Translations under genes and position numbers: made by a program
Part shown: one piece after another, positions 1 through 9,809 of the stretch
Layout of the letters: each line of letters starts with the position of its first letter
Position numbering within the stretch: position 1 is the first letter of the stretch
The notes under the pieces: generated by a model
The model's input: the letters and a program-made list of their open reading frames with translations, nothing else
Told to the model about the DNA's origin: nothing
The model's database searches: none
Source of the DNA: an uncultured Acidobacteriota bacterium
GTDB lineage: Bacteria; Acidobacteriota; Terriglobia; UBA7540
Assembly (NCBI GenBank): GCA_963804995.1
Contig: CAWDSK010000006.1
Span: forward strand, 352,001 to 416,000
Length of the DNA: 64,000 nt
Direction: 5' to 3'

Positions 1-27
1 AATGAGCAGATAGTAATCACTGGGCAT
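1..27 (-). CDS. hcp: 5' end of probable T6SS tube protein Hcp/TssD (runs off window)
   Basis: ATG at 27 gives MPSDYYLLI, resembling the Hcp N-terminus. Strong RBS (GAAGGAGG) and position directly after tssC. Only 9 codons are visible. Confidence 0.6.
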
Positions 28-118
28 TGCTCTTTCCTCCTTCTCGCCGAATTGAATTTACAGGTCGACGGCAAAGGCGCACCCTGCGGAAAATCCCGCT
101 AGAACTGAAAACCGAAAA

Positions 119-1609
119 TCACCTCTTCGCCGGTTCCGGCAAGTCAGCTACCAGCCGGAGAGAAACGCTTAGCTCGTCCAACTGAAAGTGGGGGCGAAGA
201 TAAGTAATCGCCCGGTAGCAGCCCGGTTTGCCCTTGATCTCCTCAACGTCCACACGCGCCTCCCGCAGGGGGAATTGGGCTTTGGTGGCTTGATCGGCAT
301 TGTCATCCTGGGTGACGTATTGGCCAATCCAGCGATTCAGGAAGCGCCAACAGTCGTCTCGGGACATGAAGCTGCCGATCTTGTCGCGCATCATGGCCTT
401 GAGGTAGTGAGCGAAACGGCAAGTGGCCATCATGTACGGTAGTTGCGCCGAAATGCGCGCATTGGCGGTGGCGGCATCGCTGTCGTAGATCTTGGGCTTA
501 TTGCAGGATTGGATGCTGAAGAATGCCGCCTTATCCGTGCCCTTGCAATGAACCAGCGGCACCAGCCCCTGGTCTGCCAGCTCCTTCTCGCGCCGGTCGG
601 TGATGGCGATCTCGGTGGGGCACTTGAGCGCCACGTCGCCCTCGTCGGTGTTGAAAGTGTGGGAGGGAAGACCTTCCACCAAGCCGCCGCCCTCAACTCC
701 CCGGATGGCGGTACACCAAGCATACTGCGAGAACGCTGTTGTCATCCTGGCGCCAAGTGCGTAGGCGGCGTTTCCCCAAAGGTATTTGCTGTGGTCCGTC
801 CCATCCACGCCTTCTTCAAAGTTGAAGGCATCGACGGGCACGGTATCCCGGCCGTAAGGTAGGCGCATTAGAACCCGGGGGCAAGTGAGGCAGACATACT
901 TCGCGTCTTCGCTCTGCCGGAATCCCTTCCATTTGGCGAACTCGGTGGTATCGAAGATCCGCCCAATGTCCCGGGGTTGGTCCAACTGCGTGAAGCTTTC
1001 CATGTTCAGGAGCTGCGAAGAAGCCGCGGAGAGGAAGGGGGCATGCGCCGCTCCCGAAATTGCTGCCATCTTTTCCAGAAGCTCAAGGTCTTCCGGATGC
1101 TTGCTGAACTCGTAATCGCCAATTAGCGCGCCATACGGTTGACCGCCGAAAACCCCGAACTCCTCTTCGTAAACTTTCTTGAACGCCGCACTTTGATCGA
1201 ATTCTGGGGCGCGTTGAAGGTCCCGCAGAAGGTCCCTCTTGGAGACATTCAACACCTTGATCTTCAGCATGGCGCTGGTTTCGCTCTGGCTGATCAGGTA
1301 CTTTAGACCTCGCCAACTGGCTTCCAGCTTCTGAAACGTGGGATGGTGCAGAATTTCGTTGAGCTGGATGGAGAGCAAATGGTCAATCTGCGCAATGCGC
1401 GCATTGATCATCGCTTCGGTGTCTTTGGAGACGGTTACCTCCCCCTCCAAGACCTGGGAGATGAACTCTTTCACAAGACTCTTGCCGCGTTCCCGAGTGG
1501 CGGCATCCGTTCCCACCCTCCCGGTCTCGACAATCTGATCGAGAAGAGACTTTTCACCGACCTGCTCGGTGGTCTGTGGTTGTGCGGCCGCTTTTGATTC
1601 CTTAGCCAT
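119..1609 (-). CDS. tssC: Type VI secretion contractile sheath large subunit
   Basis: 496 aa with TssC/VipB motifs FQKLEASWRGL, YEEEFGVFGG, CPTEIAITDRREKEL, LRPHFQLDEL. Confidence 0.97.
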   Translation of the reverse strand: MAKESKAAAQPQTTEQVGEKSLLDQIVETGRVGTDAATRERGKSLVKEFISQVLEGEVTVSKDTEAMINARIAQIDHLLSIQLNEILHHPTFQKLEASWRGLKYLISQSETSAMLKIKVLNVSKRDLLRDLQRAPEFDQSAAFKKVYEEEFGVFGGQPYGALIGDYEFSKHPEDLELLEKMAAISGAAHAPFLSAASSQLLNMESFTQLDQPRDIGRIFDTTEFAKWKGFRQSEDAKYVCLTCPRVLMRLPYGRDTVPVDAFNFEEGVDGTDHSKYLWGNAAYALGARMTTAFSQYAWCTAIRGVEGGGLVEGLPSHTFNTDEGDVALKCPTEIAITDRREKELADQGLVPLVHCKGTDKAAFFSIQSCNKPKIYDSDAATANARISAQLPYMMATCRFAHYLKAMMRDKIGSFMSRDDCWRFLNRWIGQYVTQDDNADQATKAQFPLREARVDVEEIKGKPGCYRAITYLRPHFQLDELSVSLRLVADLPEPAKR

Positions 1610-2135
1610 TGCCCCCCTCCTTCCCTTCTTCCTTCTTGGGTCCGATTTCCGACCGCAATTTGTTTAACTTTTCGGTATTGGTGACGGCGTCCAGCAGGAC
1701 CTCGTCCAACTTATCATTGGTCTGCAACGCGCCCTTTAAATCATTGAGACGGGTACGGAGATCGAGCAGTTCGCGCAAAGGTTTCACCTGCCGGGCGACC
1801 TTCTCGGGCTCGAAGTCTTCCATACTCTTGAAGTTGAGATCGACCTTCAACTGTCCCACATTTTCGTCATCACTCAGCTTGTTGTCGACGGAAAAGGCCA
1901 CGTGAGGTTTCATGCTTTCGAGCACGCTGTCAAAATTATCCAGCGTTATTTCAACAAACCTTCGTTCCTTCAGTTTGGGTAGTGGATCGACGGGCTGGCC
2001 AGTAAAATCACCTAAAACTCCCATTACGAAAGGGAGTTCTTTCGTTTCAATCGCACCACCCGTCTCCACTTCGTAGGTAACGTGGACACGCGGGGGTCGC
2101 ACCCTTGCAAGCTTCTTCTGGACGCTCTCTGCCAT
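1602..2135 (-). CDS. tssB: Type VI secretion contractile sheath small subunit
   Basis: MAESVQKKLARVRPPRVHVTYEVE...ELPFVMGVLGDF. ATG at 2135 with an AAGGAG RBS; overlaps the tssC start. Confidence 0.97.
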   Translation of the reverse strand: MAESVQKKLARVRPPRVHVTYEVETGGAIETKELPFVMGVLGDFTGQPVDPLPKLKERRFVEITLDNFDSVLESMKPHVAFSVDNKLSDDENVGQLKVDLNFKSMEDFEPEKVARQVKPLRELLDLRTRLNDLKGALQTNDKLDEVLLDAVTNTEKLNKLRSEIGPKKEEGKEGGNG

Positions 2136-2187
2136 GGGGTACTCCTTACCTAAGCGTATTTGATGAGCATTTGATCTATGGTGAGCG

Positions 2188-2217
2188 ATTATTGACAAAT
2201 GCCAATGCATTGTCAAT
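2188..2217 (-). promoter_or_regulatory. Sigma70-like promoter for tssBC overlapped by an inverted repeat
   Basis: Minus strand TTGACA-17 bp-AATAAT. Perfect ATTGACAA-N11-TTGTCAAT palindrome at 2191-2217. Confidence 0.65.
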
Positions 2218-2765
2218 CGAAAAGCGACCAGGACTTTCCTCGGCTTTTTAGCTCCCCGAGCGCCCAAGAAAGGCTCAAATTGCGGCTGAGGAGGCGGTGC
2301 TGCGGGAGGACCGGATATTGTGGGCTGCTAAAGCCTGACCGGCTCGAAAGAATCGCAAGCCAACGCTTGGCCTTCATTCCCGCCTGTCCCGGCATGGCCT
2401 CCAGAAATCCCCTTTCGGGGCGCTCCCAGAATCCACTCGAAACCCCAAAGTCAGGGGGCAGTATCTCCAACGCCTTCCCGATCCCTGGTGGAAGCCATTC
2501 AGGTAAGCCTTGGAAACGGTTTGCTTGCGGCAGGTTCGTGGATATTGCCGGACTCTGCCACAATTTAGGGCAACCCGCCGTACGTTTCGTGCCTACCCAG
2601 ATCCAGGGCAGGGGTGTTTTCTTTTGGCCACTAACCTCTAAATACAACAAAGAGCAATTATGAAGGGCAAAGCCCGCAAGAACCACACGCCACATCAAGC
2701 GACGATTCCCTTTGCGGCCTTACTTCTGTTAGAATCAATGCAACACGACGGTTTCATTAGCGCCC

Positions 2766-4799
2766 ATGAAGATCTGCCCGAATTGCCAGCAAAGCTACTC
2801 CGATGAAATTGAGTTCTGTCCGCACGACGGCGCTCGGCTTGCTACCCAAGCGGCGCAAGCCGAAGTGCAGCTTGCCGCCGGACTCTCCCACCGTTTCAGC
2901 ATTGTCCGCCGCCTGGGTGAGGGGGGAATGGGCACGGTCTTTCTCGCCAAGCAGATCCATGTCGGGAATCGCCCCGTGGCCCTGAAGGTTCTGAACCGTA
3001 AGCTGCTGGATGACCCTGAGTTCCTGGAGCGTTTTCAGAATGAAGCGGGTTCGACGGGGAGCATTCATCACCCCAACGTCGTCACCATCCACGAATCCGG
3101 CCAAGCCGATGACGGCACACCCTACATCGCCATGGAGTTTCTGGATGGCAAATCCTTGCGACAAGTGCTCAAAACGGTGGGGGCTTTAAACGTGACGGGG
3201 TGTGCGGAAATTCTGATGCAGGTGGCGCGGGGGCTGAACGCCGCGCACAAGCTCGGCATCATTCATCGCGACCTCAAGCCTGACAACATCTTTCTGATGC
3301 AGGGCGACGAGGGCGAGTTGATCGTCAAGGTCGTCGATTTCGGCATCGCCAAACTGCGCGAGTCAACCACCCACACGCTGACCGGCATGGTGCTCGGCAC
3401 GCCTGCTTACATGTCAGCCGAACAAGCCGCCGGAATGCCGAGTAACGAACTCAACGCGCGCTCCAACGTCTATTCACTGGGGATTGTAGTTTACGAAATG
3501 CTGAGCGGGCGCGTGCCCTTTTATTCCACCACACCCCTCGGCTACGTGCACAAACACATGCTGGAGGCCCCACCGCCTTTTCGCGCCATCGACCCCGGCC
3601 TACCCGTTGCTCCTCAAATTGAAGCCGTGGTGATGAAGGCACTGAAGAAGGACCGGGAGGAACGCTACCAGTCGGCCTTGGAATTCGCGCGCGACTTCGC
3701 GGCAGCCGCCCAGGCATCGCCCCCACCGGAGGTCAGTCAGCCGCTTCCCACAATGAACAGCATCTCGCCGCCAGCAGCGCAGGAGCCCGCTGTGCCCATG
3801 CCGCTGCCCGGGAGCGCATCGGCCCAAGCCGATATTGCCGTTCAAACTACGCCTCCCGCTCCGCCGGCAAGAATTGTTGAAACTCCAAGTACACGGCCGC
3901 AAGGGAGCGAGCCTGCAACGGCAGCAAGCCGCCCGTCCGCTGTGGCTAAACCGCCGCATCTCCGGGCCGTAAAAGAAAGGCCAAGCCGGGTCAAGTACGT
4001 TGTCTTGGGCGTGGTTCTGCTAGCCGTCATCGCGGGCGGGATTTGGTATTTCTCCCGGCCGACGCCGGGGCCCCCACCCCATGTAACGGGCCGGACGGCG
4101 GACGCAGGTAAATCCCCATCTGCGCCGGAAGGCCCGGGTGCGTATGACCCCATGATATCCATCCCCGTCGCGACCTTCGCGATGGGTCGCGACAATGCCC
4201 GCGACCCGGAAGAGACCCCCGCTCATCCCGTCAGCGTCGCGGCATTTAATATGGATAGGAGACCCGTCACGAACGCGCAGTATGCCGAGTTTGTGAAGAG
4301 CACAAGCCACGCTGCCCCTAGTGGGTGGGTGAATGGAACCCCGCCGGAGGGCCAAGCTGAGTGGCCAGTCACGGGCGTTTCCTGGGACGACGCGAACACT
4401 TACTGCACCTCGAAAGGCTTGCGTCTGCCGACGGAGGCGGAGTGGGAATACGCGGCGCGCGGCATGGACGGCAGGCTTTATCCGTGGGGCAATGATTTCA
4501 GCCCGGCACTAACGAACAGCGTCGAGGCAGCTCTGGGCCATCCGGAGAAGGTGGCCTCCCATCGCGATGCCGCCAGTCCGTTCGGCCTTCTCAACATGTC
4601 AGGGAATGTGTGGGAATGGACAGCGGACGATTACAAGCCTTACCCCGGCCATCAACCGGCATTCCAAATCCCCGCGGATGGCAAAGCCATCCGTGGCGGC
4701 TCTTACCAATCGGACAAGCTGCACGTGACCACGACGACCAGAAACCTCAACCACGCCTCCACGCGGTCCACCTCCATAGGTTTCCGCTGCGCCAAGTAG
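2766..4799 (+). CDS. Hanks-type Ser/Thr kinase with transmembrane helix and C-terminal FGE-sulfatase domain
   Basis: GEGGMGTV, VALK, HRDLKPDN, DFG, GTPAYMS; Pro-rich linker; hydrophobic helix; RLPTEAEWEYAAR, NMSGNVWEW, IGFRC. Confidence 0.95.
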   Translation: MKICPNCQQSYSDEIEFCPHDGARLATQAAQAEVQLAAGLSHRFSIVRRLGEGGMGTVFLAKQIHVGNRPVALKVLNRKLLDDPEFLERFQNEAGSTGSIHHPNVVTIHESGQADDGTPYIAMEFLDGKSLRQVLKTVGALNVTGCAEILMQVARGLNAAHKLGIIHRDLKPDNIFLMQGDEGELIVKVVDFGIAKLRESTTHTLTGMVLGTPAYMSAEQAAGMPSNELNARSNVYSLGIVVYEMLSGRVPFYSTTPLGYVHKHMLEAPPPFRAIDPGLPVAPQIEAVVMKALKKDREERYQSALEFARDFAAAAQASPPPEVSQPLPTMNSISPPAAQEPAVPMPLPGSASAQADIAVQTTPPAPPARIVETPSTRPQGSEPATAASRPSAVAKPPHLRAVKERPSRVKYVVLGVVLLAVIAGGIWYFSRPTPGPPPHVTGRTADAGKSPSAPEGPGAYDPMISIPVATFAMGRDNARDPEETPAHPVSVAAFNMDRRPVTNAQYAEFVKSTSHAAPSGWVNGTPPEGQAEWPVTGVSWDDANTYCTSKGLRLPTEAEWEYAARGMDGRLYPWGNDFSPALTNSVEAALGHPEKVASHRDAASPFGLLNMSGNVWEWTADDYKPYPGHQPAFQIPADGKAIRGGSYQSDKLHVTTTTRNLNHASTRSTSIGFRCAK

Positions 4800-4906
4800 T
4801 TATAAAATACGAATGAAGGATGAATTATGAAATGCCAAACTACAGCCGACGTGGTCTTTTCATGATTCAGAATTCATAATTCAGAAAAGCGTCAAGGGAA
4901 AAAGGG

Positions 4907-6466
4907 TCAAGGAGCGAACACTTCCCCGCCACAACGGAACCCGACGCCGAGGAATCTGTCACCTGGGGCGCCCCCGTCGCGGGCGGAAACCCGCACGAAT
5001 TTGGACTTGTGGGCAAAGTTCCCGCCACGAAAAACGCGTTTGGTCCCGCGCGTTGGCCCCGCAGGGTCTTGAGCGGGGTTACTCCGATAGTACTTCTCGT
5101 CATTCTCGGGTCTGTTTCTTCGGTTCCCCCAAGCTAGAACTTGAGCGGGGTTACTCCGATAGTACTTCTCGTCATACCAGTCATTCACCCACTCCAACGC
5201 GTTTCCCAGCACGTCGTATAACCCGAATCCGTTGGCTCGTTTCTCGCCCACCGGGTGCGTCTGGTTTCCGCTGTTGGCATCGTACCAGGCGACTTCGGCG
5301 AGCGGCCCATAGCGTGCCGCAGTGCTTCCCCCTCGCGCCGCATACTCCCACTCCGCTTCCGTGAGCAGTCGCCCTCCCGCCCACGTGCAGTATTCGTGCG
5401 CTTCATTCCAGGTTACCGTCACGATCGCCAGACTGTCATTCGCCCAACCGCGATTGAAAGTGGGCGCCGGCGGCAGCTGCCGCCCGGTGGCTGCTGCGAA
5501 GCGTTTGTAAGCGCCCACCGTAACCTCCGTTTGCCCCAGCCAGAAACCTTTCGTGATGGTCACTTGGTGCGGCGGTTTCTCGTCACCGGCGCATTCGTTG
5601 TCCCCGGGCGAGCAGCCCATTTGAAAGCTGCCCGGCGGAATCCACACGTACTTTAGTCCGTCTTTCGGGTTCTCTCGCACTGTCCCGGGCGGCGGTGGAC
5701 CCGCATCCTCCAGATGTGCCTCGATCCTGGCCCCTTGCCCTGCGGGCACGGAAATGTTCTGCCGATATTCCCTCTTGCCCGACGCCGTTATCCGTAGCTC
5801 GTGCGAGCCCGCAGCCACTTCGGGGATGGCGAATTGTCCCCTCGCGTCCGTTGTGCCCCGGCTGGAATCGTCGAGGAAAACCGCCGCACCAGGCGAGGTC
5901 TGGACCTCTACAGTTCCAGCAAGGCCCGCTAGGGGTGCGTTGACACTGGCCTCTTGCCCAGCCGATACGGTAACCTTCTGCCGATAATCCTTTTTGCCAC
6001 CAGCTGAAATTCGCAATTCATGCGGGCCCGCGGCCACATCGCGGACAGATAGTTGTCCCGCCGCGTCCGTCGTGCCCCGGTTGGAACCGTCAAGGAAGAC
6101 TGCCGCACCGGGCGAAGTCTGGACCACGACAGTTCCTCCAAGGTCTGCAAGCACCGCCGTGATTCTGGTCACTTGCCCCACAACCACCATAACCTTCTGC
6201 TCATGATTCCGTTTTCCGGCAAGCGTAACTCGCAGGGCGTGATCTCCGGGCTTGGGATTTTCAATCACCATGCGGCCTTCCGAATTCGCCTGCCCTTTCA
6301 AAGCATCGTCCAGATAGACTCGCGCATTCGGGGAAGTCTGGATGACGATTTGCGTCGGCTTGTTGGTCTGGGATGTTACTTGAGGGAGAAGTTGGGCGTA
6401 AGCGCACAGGACATTAACCAGCGCCAAAGTCATAGCCAGCAGGGAACAACGGATTCTCGTGCCCAT
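4907..6466 (-). CDS. Secreted protein with three PEGA-like repeats and an FGE-sulfatase domain
   Basis: Signal peptide; three QTSP(G/N)AxV(F/Y)LD repeats; TEAEWEYAARGG, NGFGLYDVLGN, VGFRC. Confidence 0.9.
   Translation of the reverse strand: MGTRIRCSLLAMTLALVNVLCAYAQLLPQVTSQTNKPTQIVIQTSPNARVYLDDALKGQANSEGRMVIENPKPGDHALRVTLAGKRNHEQKVMVVVGQVTRITAVLADLGGTVVVQTSPGAAVFLDGSNRGTTDAAGQLSVRDVAAGPHELRISAGGKKDYRQKVTVSAGQEASVNAPLAGLAGTVEVQTSPGAAVFLDDSSRGTTDARGQFAIPEVAAGSHELRITASGKREYRQNISVPAGQGARIEAHLEDAGPPPPGTVRENPKDGLKYVWIPPGSFQMGCSPGDNECAGDEKPPHQVTITKGFWLGQTEVTVGAYKRFAAATGRQLPPAPTFNRGWANDSLAIVTVTWNEAHEYCTWAGGRLLTEAEWEYAARGGSTAARYGPLAEVAWYDANSGNQTHPVGEKRANGFGLYDVLGNALEWVNDWYDEKYYRSNPAQVLAWGNRRNRPENDEKYYRSNPAQDPAGPTRGTKRVFRGGNFAHKSKFVRVSARDGGAPGDRFLGVGFRCGGEVFAP
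5068..5175. repeat. Exact 36-bp direct repeat separated by a 36-bp unique insert, in frame within the CDS
   Basis: CTTGAGCGGGGTTACTCCGATAGTACTTCTCGTCAT at 5068-5103 and 5140-5175. Confidence 0.95.
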
Positions 6467-6568
6467 CGGACGGGGCCCTCTTTCGGAAGCTCACGTGTGC
6501 GCATCTTACCACATTTCGCCTGCGAATTTGAAAAGCCGTACTCTCCGATAGTGTCTCGGTTTGAGGAT

Positions 6569-6616
6569 GTAGCGTCGAGTTTACCTCGCCAAATGGCGGC
6601 GTAAAGCCGCCTCTAC
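6569..6616. repeat. GTAG-type REP doublet (family A)
   Basis: GTAG..CGAGTTTACCTCG..GGCGGCGTAAAGCCGCC..CTAC; near-identical copies at 49235, 49317 and 59144. Confidence 0.85.
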
Positions 6617-6817
6617 AGTCCGTTGATTTCCGCCAGCCGTGCCAATGGGCCAGGCCTACGCGCCGTGGTGTTTTTCCAGGGATGCAAAGGCGGGCGTGTT
6701 GGCTGTTGGAACCCACGAAATCATCTGTTGTTGCAGTTCAATGGTTTAGGTAGAGTTCCGTGCTTGCGGTAGGGGCTACATATTGCTAATGAATACAGTG
6801 AGGGAGGTGATGACCAA

Positions 6818-7057
6818 ATGACCTGTCAAGATCCACGTGATGCCATGATGTTGGGAAGGACTATCAAGACTACCGGCATAACAGTGCTAAGGGGCGATCC
6901 ATCGGAGGGCAAAGGTTGCTGGGTATGCGGATGCCGGTGTGGTAGAGAGTTCGTTGCCCATGGATGGAGTGTAAGGCATGGACGTACCCGGAATTGTGGA
7001 AGTGACGAACATAAAGTGCAATCAGAAGAGCATCAAGTTCTCGAATCCGCGATATGA
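6818..7057 (+). CDS. Small Cys-rich protein resembling the zinc-ribbon module of phage HNH/AP2-associated proteins
   Basis: GGAGGT RBS; ITVL...WVCGCRCGREF...VRHGRTRNCG matches the pattern WxCxCxCG...GxTxSCG. Confidence 0.55.
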   Translation: MTCQDPRDAMMLGRTIKTTGITVLRGDPSEGKGCWVCGCRCGREFVAHGWSVRHGRTRNCGSDEHKVQSEEHQVLESAI

Positions 7058-7416
7058 CAAGAGTGTCCAAGCCTGGCCGTCGGGCCATGGCGGGTTGGTC
7101 GATTCAGCATATTCTTCACTGTAAGGTCCACTTTCCCGAATGCAGCTACATGATGGAAATCGGTTCCACCATGGGGTCTGGTCTGGATTCCTCACTATAA
7201 ATCTATCCCTGCCTGGCAGAAGTGTTTCTTGATGTTCTGTCCTGCCAGCAGTCCTTCCAGTACCAGTCCCGATCAACTCACTCTTCCGCGGTGGGACAGG
7301 TTCCTGAATGGGGGTTTGCAGCCAAGTGGATGACTTCCCTGTACGCCGTCGTCCTCCTCGCCCCCGCCGGGCATGAGACCGAAACTAACACGACGGCAAG
7401 GTCGAGTTAAGCAGGC

Positions 7417-8475
7417 TTAATGAAAGGGCACCATCCGAAAGGTAGTGTTTAGACCATCGAAGTAAGACGCGCAAACCATAGGACTCGGCGCTCGCAAAGC
7501 ATGCAGCAAAAAGCAGTATAAGTGCGTCGCACCAAGGGTCACGAAGTGGCTTCGAAACGCCCGTTCAACGTCTTCCTCACCGCCGCCTTCCATGGCCATC
7601 CCGACAAGCTGCTTCATGGTTTCGCCTTCGAGTTCCTCACAGGTGCGGCAGTCGATAATAATCGCGAGGCTCGAATTCGCAGCCATCTCTTTGAACGCGG
7701 CTAAATCCGGGCCCTCGCGATTCCCCAAAACCGCGCCAACCACCTCGCACCGGCCGCCCGGGGCGAGGGCTTCCGGCAGCCCGGCCATCAATCGGCGCAC
7801 AATCCCCAGGCCGTCGCCTCCACCGTCCGCAAACCGCGGATACCGCACACCCGGCGGCACCGGCATGAACGGAGGATTGCAGGAAATCACGTCGAACCAT
7901 CGCCCCGCCACCGGCCCGAGAAGATCGCCGTTGACCAGTTCCACCTTGTCCGACAGTCCATTCACAGCGGCGTTGATCCAGAACAGCTTCGCGGCCAGCG
8001 GCTCGATCTCGACCGCGGTTACCCGCGCCGCGGTCCGGGCGCATACCAATGCCTGCGTCCCGACACCGGAACATAGGTCCAGCACGCTGCCCTCCACCCC
8101 TACAAGTGTGCGGCTGAGCTCTATCGAATCATTCCCGTAATAGAACCTTGCCAAGGGCGACACCTTTTCGCAGAACAGCCAGAGCCCCAGGTGGTACACC
8201 AGTCGGTACGCAGGCGCGACCCTGTCCCCGACCCGATTCACCAGGCCGAGCGCTTCAGCCGTCGAGAGCAGTTCGTCCGGCACGCACGCTTCGAAGTCGC
8301 GTCTCTCAACGTCCTGGCCTTCGCCGAACAGACGCGCCAGAACCTGGAATCTCTCCGCAATCTGCGAGGGCCCACTCCCCGGATCGCGGATCAACAATCG
8401 ATTCAATCCGGCCTCCGCCAGCAGGTTCTTCCACTGGACTAGCGTGCGCTTTTGTTCGCTTGTGAGCATCCTCAA
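7417..8475 (-). CDS. Class I SAM-dependent methyltransferase (HemK/MTS-like)
   Basis: VLDLCSGVG motif I, VEIE, NPPF, DGGGDGL. Confidence 0.9.
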   Translation of the reverse strand: MRMLTSEQKRTLVQWKNLLAEAGLNRLLIRDPGSGPSQIAERFQVLARLFGEGQDVERRDFEACVPDELLSTAEALGLVNRVGDRVAPAYRLVYHLGLWLFCEKVSPLARFYYGNDSIELSRTLVGVEGSVLDLCSGVGTQALVCARTAARVTAVEIEPLAAKLFWINAAVNGLSDKVELVNGDLLGPVAGRWFDVISCNPPFMPVPPGVRYPRFADGGGDGLGIVRRLMAGLPEALAPGGRCEVVGAVLGNREGPDLAAFKEMAANSSLAIIIDCRTCEELEGETMKQLVGMAMEGGGEEDVERAFRSHFVTLGATHLYCFLLHALRAPSPMVCASYFDGLNTTFRMVPFH

Positions 8476-8735
8476 CTCAGTGCATCTCGGTCATTAACTT
8501 GCGATAACTTAAGTTGTAACGCGACGTTTTCAGAACGTTGGATTGCTTGGAGCTTGCGATTATTCTGCCAAATACGGACGCCGAAACAAGAGTCCCCCAC
8601 CACACCAATCGCGACGATTGCGCCGACGATCTGCGCCCAAATCTCCAGATGTCCGATCAATGTTTCCTGAGCTGCTTTTGTCAGAACACCTTTAGGGACC
8701 GAAGACGGGTCGTTTAAAGTGAACTCTCTCTGCAA
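8472..8735 (-). CDS. Small hypothetical membrane protein, possibly truncated
   Basis: GGAGGG RBS, one hydrophobic helix; overlaps the methyltransferase start. Confidence 0.45.
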   Translation of the reverse strand: MQREFTLNDPSSVPKGVLTKAAQETLIGHLEIWAQIVGAIVAIGVVGDSCFGVRIWQNNRKLQAIQRSENVALQLKLSQVNDRDALS

Positions 8736-8749
8736 TTAATCATTTACCC

Positions 8750-8827
8750 TCCAAATCAACTTTATCGAGCATTTCGTCGATCGTCCACACGTGATCGGTT
8801 ACCCCAACTGCTATCGTAGGAGTGCAG
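8750..8827 (-). mobile_element. IS1-family transposase C-terminal remnant
   Basis: Minus strand reads CTPTIAVGVTDHVWTIDEML, similar to the TPAMAAGxTDHVWxxxEL tail of IS1-family transposases. Confidence 0.6.
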
Positions 8828-8871
8828 CTACGCCCGCAGGGTGAGGGGCGTACGGGTCAGTTCCGCAGCGG

Positions 8872-9100
8872 TCACTTATTGCCCACCTTCTTTGCCTCAT
8901 CGTCCTCGTATTGAAGTTTTACCCCTGTCCTCACTTCCAGGATCTTCGGGAGCGTTCGGATGGCCTTCTTGCTCACCATGAAGATGACCGTCTGCGCTTT
9001 GTCGTGGTCGTCCTTGAACGCGAGGGTGACATAGTGCCGGCGCTTCTTGGGGCAAGGCCAGGAGCAAAAACAAAGTCCCTGTCTGACGGACAGACACCAG
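8872..9100 (-). pseudogene. Fragment of a hypothetical protein (3' part only, frameshifted)
   Basis: LFLLLALP then KKRRHYVTLAFKD...EVRTGVKLQYEDDEAKK across a frameshift in a C run; no convincing start. Confidence 0.45.
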
Positions 9101-9171
9101 CGGTCGCAGCTGAGTCCGAGGAGTTTTGGGCTCAACTGACAAACGCATGTGAGTCGTGGCGTTAAGCCGGG

Positions 9172-9576
9172 CTATGTGGCCGGCGCTGTGGCTTGTGCCT
9201 CGCTGGCTTTGGCCTGGGTCTCTACGGTGTAAACCACAACCACCTTTTTCCCGCCCTTCACGGCCGTGGCATGGATTGAACTCAGATTGGCCCCTTTGGC
9301 TGCAAGCTTCTCCAAGTGCTGCGCCAGCGCACCGGGCTTGTTCGCCAACTTGCGTTGCTCCGCCCCGGTCTCCTGGTATACAAGCTTGGCTTCGTTGAGG
9401 ACCTTCTTTGCTCGCTTGAGGTCTTCGACCAGAAGGTGGACTGTACCGGTTGCCCCTTGGGCCGTTCCTAAAAGCGCCAGGATATTCACCTTCGCACTCC
9501 CCAGTGCTTTCGCGATCGCCGCGACGGCGCCGGGCTGATTCTGAACAGTGATTGTCAACAATTTGGTCTTGGCCAT
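9172..9576 (-). CDS. Tandem ACT-domain protein
   Basis: LTITVQNQPGAVAAIAKALGSAKVNI and LANKPGALA...GANL; GGGGAGG RBS. Confidence 0.85.
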   Translation of the reverse strand: MAKTKLLTITVQNQPGAVAAIAKALGSAKVNILALLGTAQGATGTVHLLVEDLKRAKKVLNEAKLVYQETGAEQRKLANKPGALAQHLEKLAAKGANLSSIHATAVKGGKKVVVVYTVETQAKASEAQATAPAT

Positions 9577-9809
9577 TTCGTCGCCTCCCCCTGGTTATGC
9601 CGAGAGATTATACGCCTTAGAATTCAACGCGCCACGCTGGACTTGTCCGGGCGGAGCGTAGATGACAACTTGAGCGGCACGCTGAATCGGGGATGACGGC
9701 AAGTGGATCTGGGGGCCAAATTGGGGCTGCGAAATGACGAAACGCGGGTGCTGTCGACTCTTTCTGTCACGAACCAGCCTGCTCCTGGCTCGAAGACTAT
9801 GGCAATTCC

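Noticed and set aside
5068..5175. Functional CRISPR array
   Set aside because: Only two repeats, inside a CDS, with no leader or adjacent cas genes; reported as a possible integration footprint instead.
7417..8475. RiPP biosynthetic cluster around the methyltransferase
   Set aside because: No convincing precursor peptide, maturase or transporter nearby.
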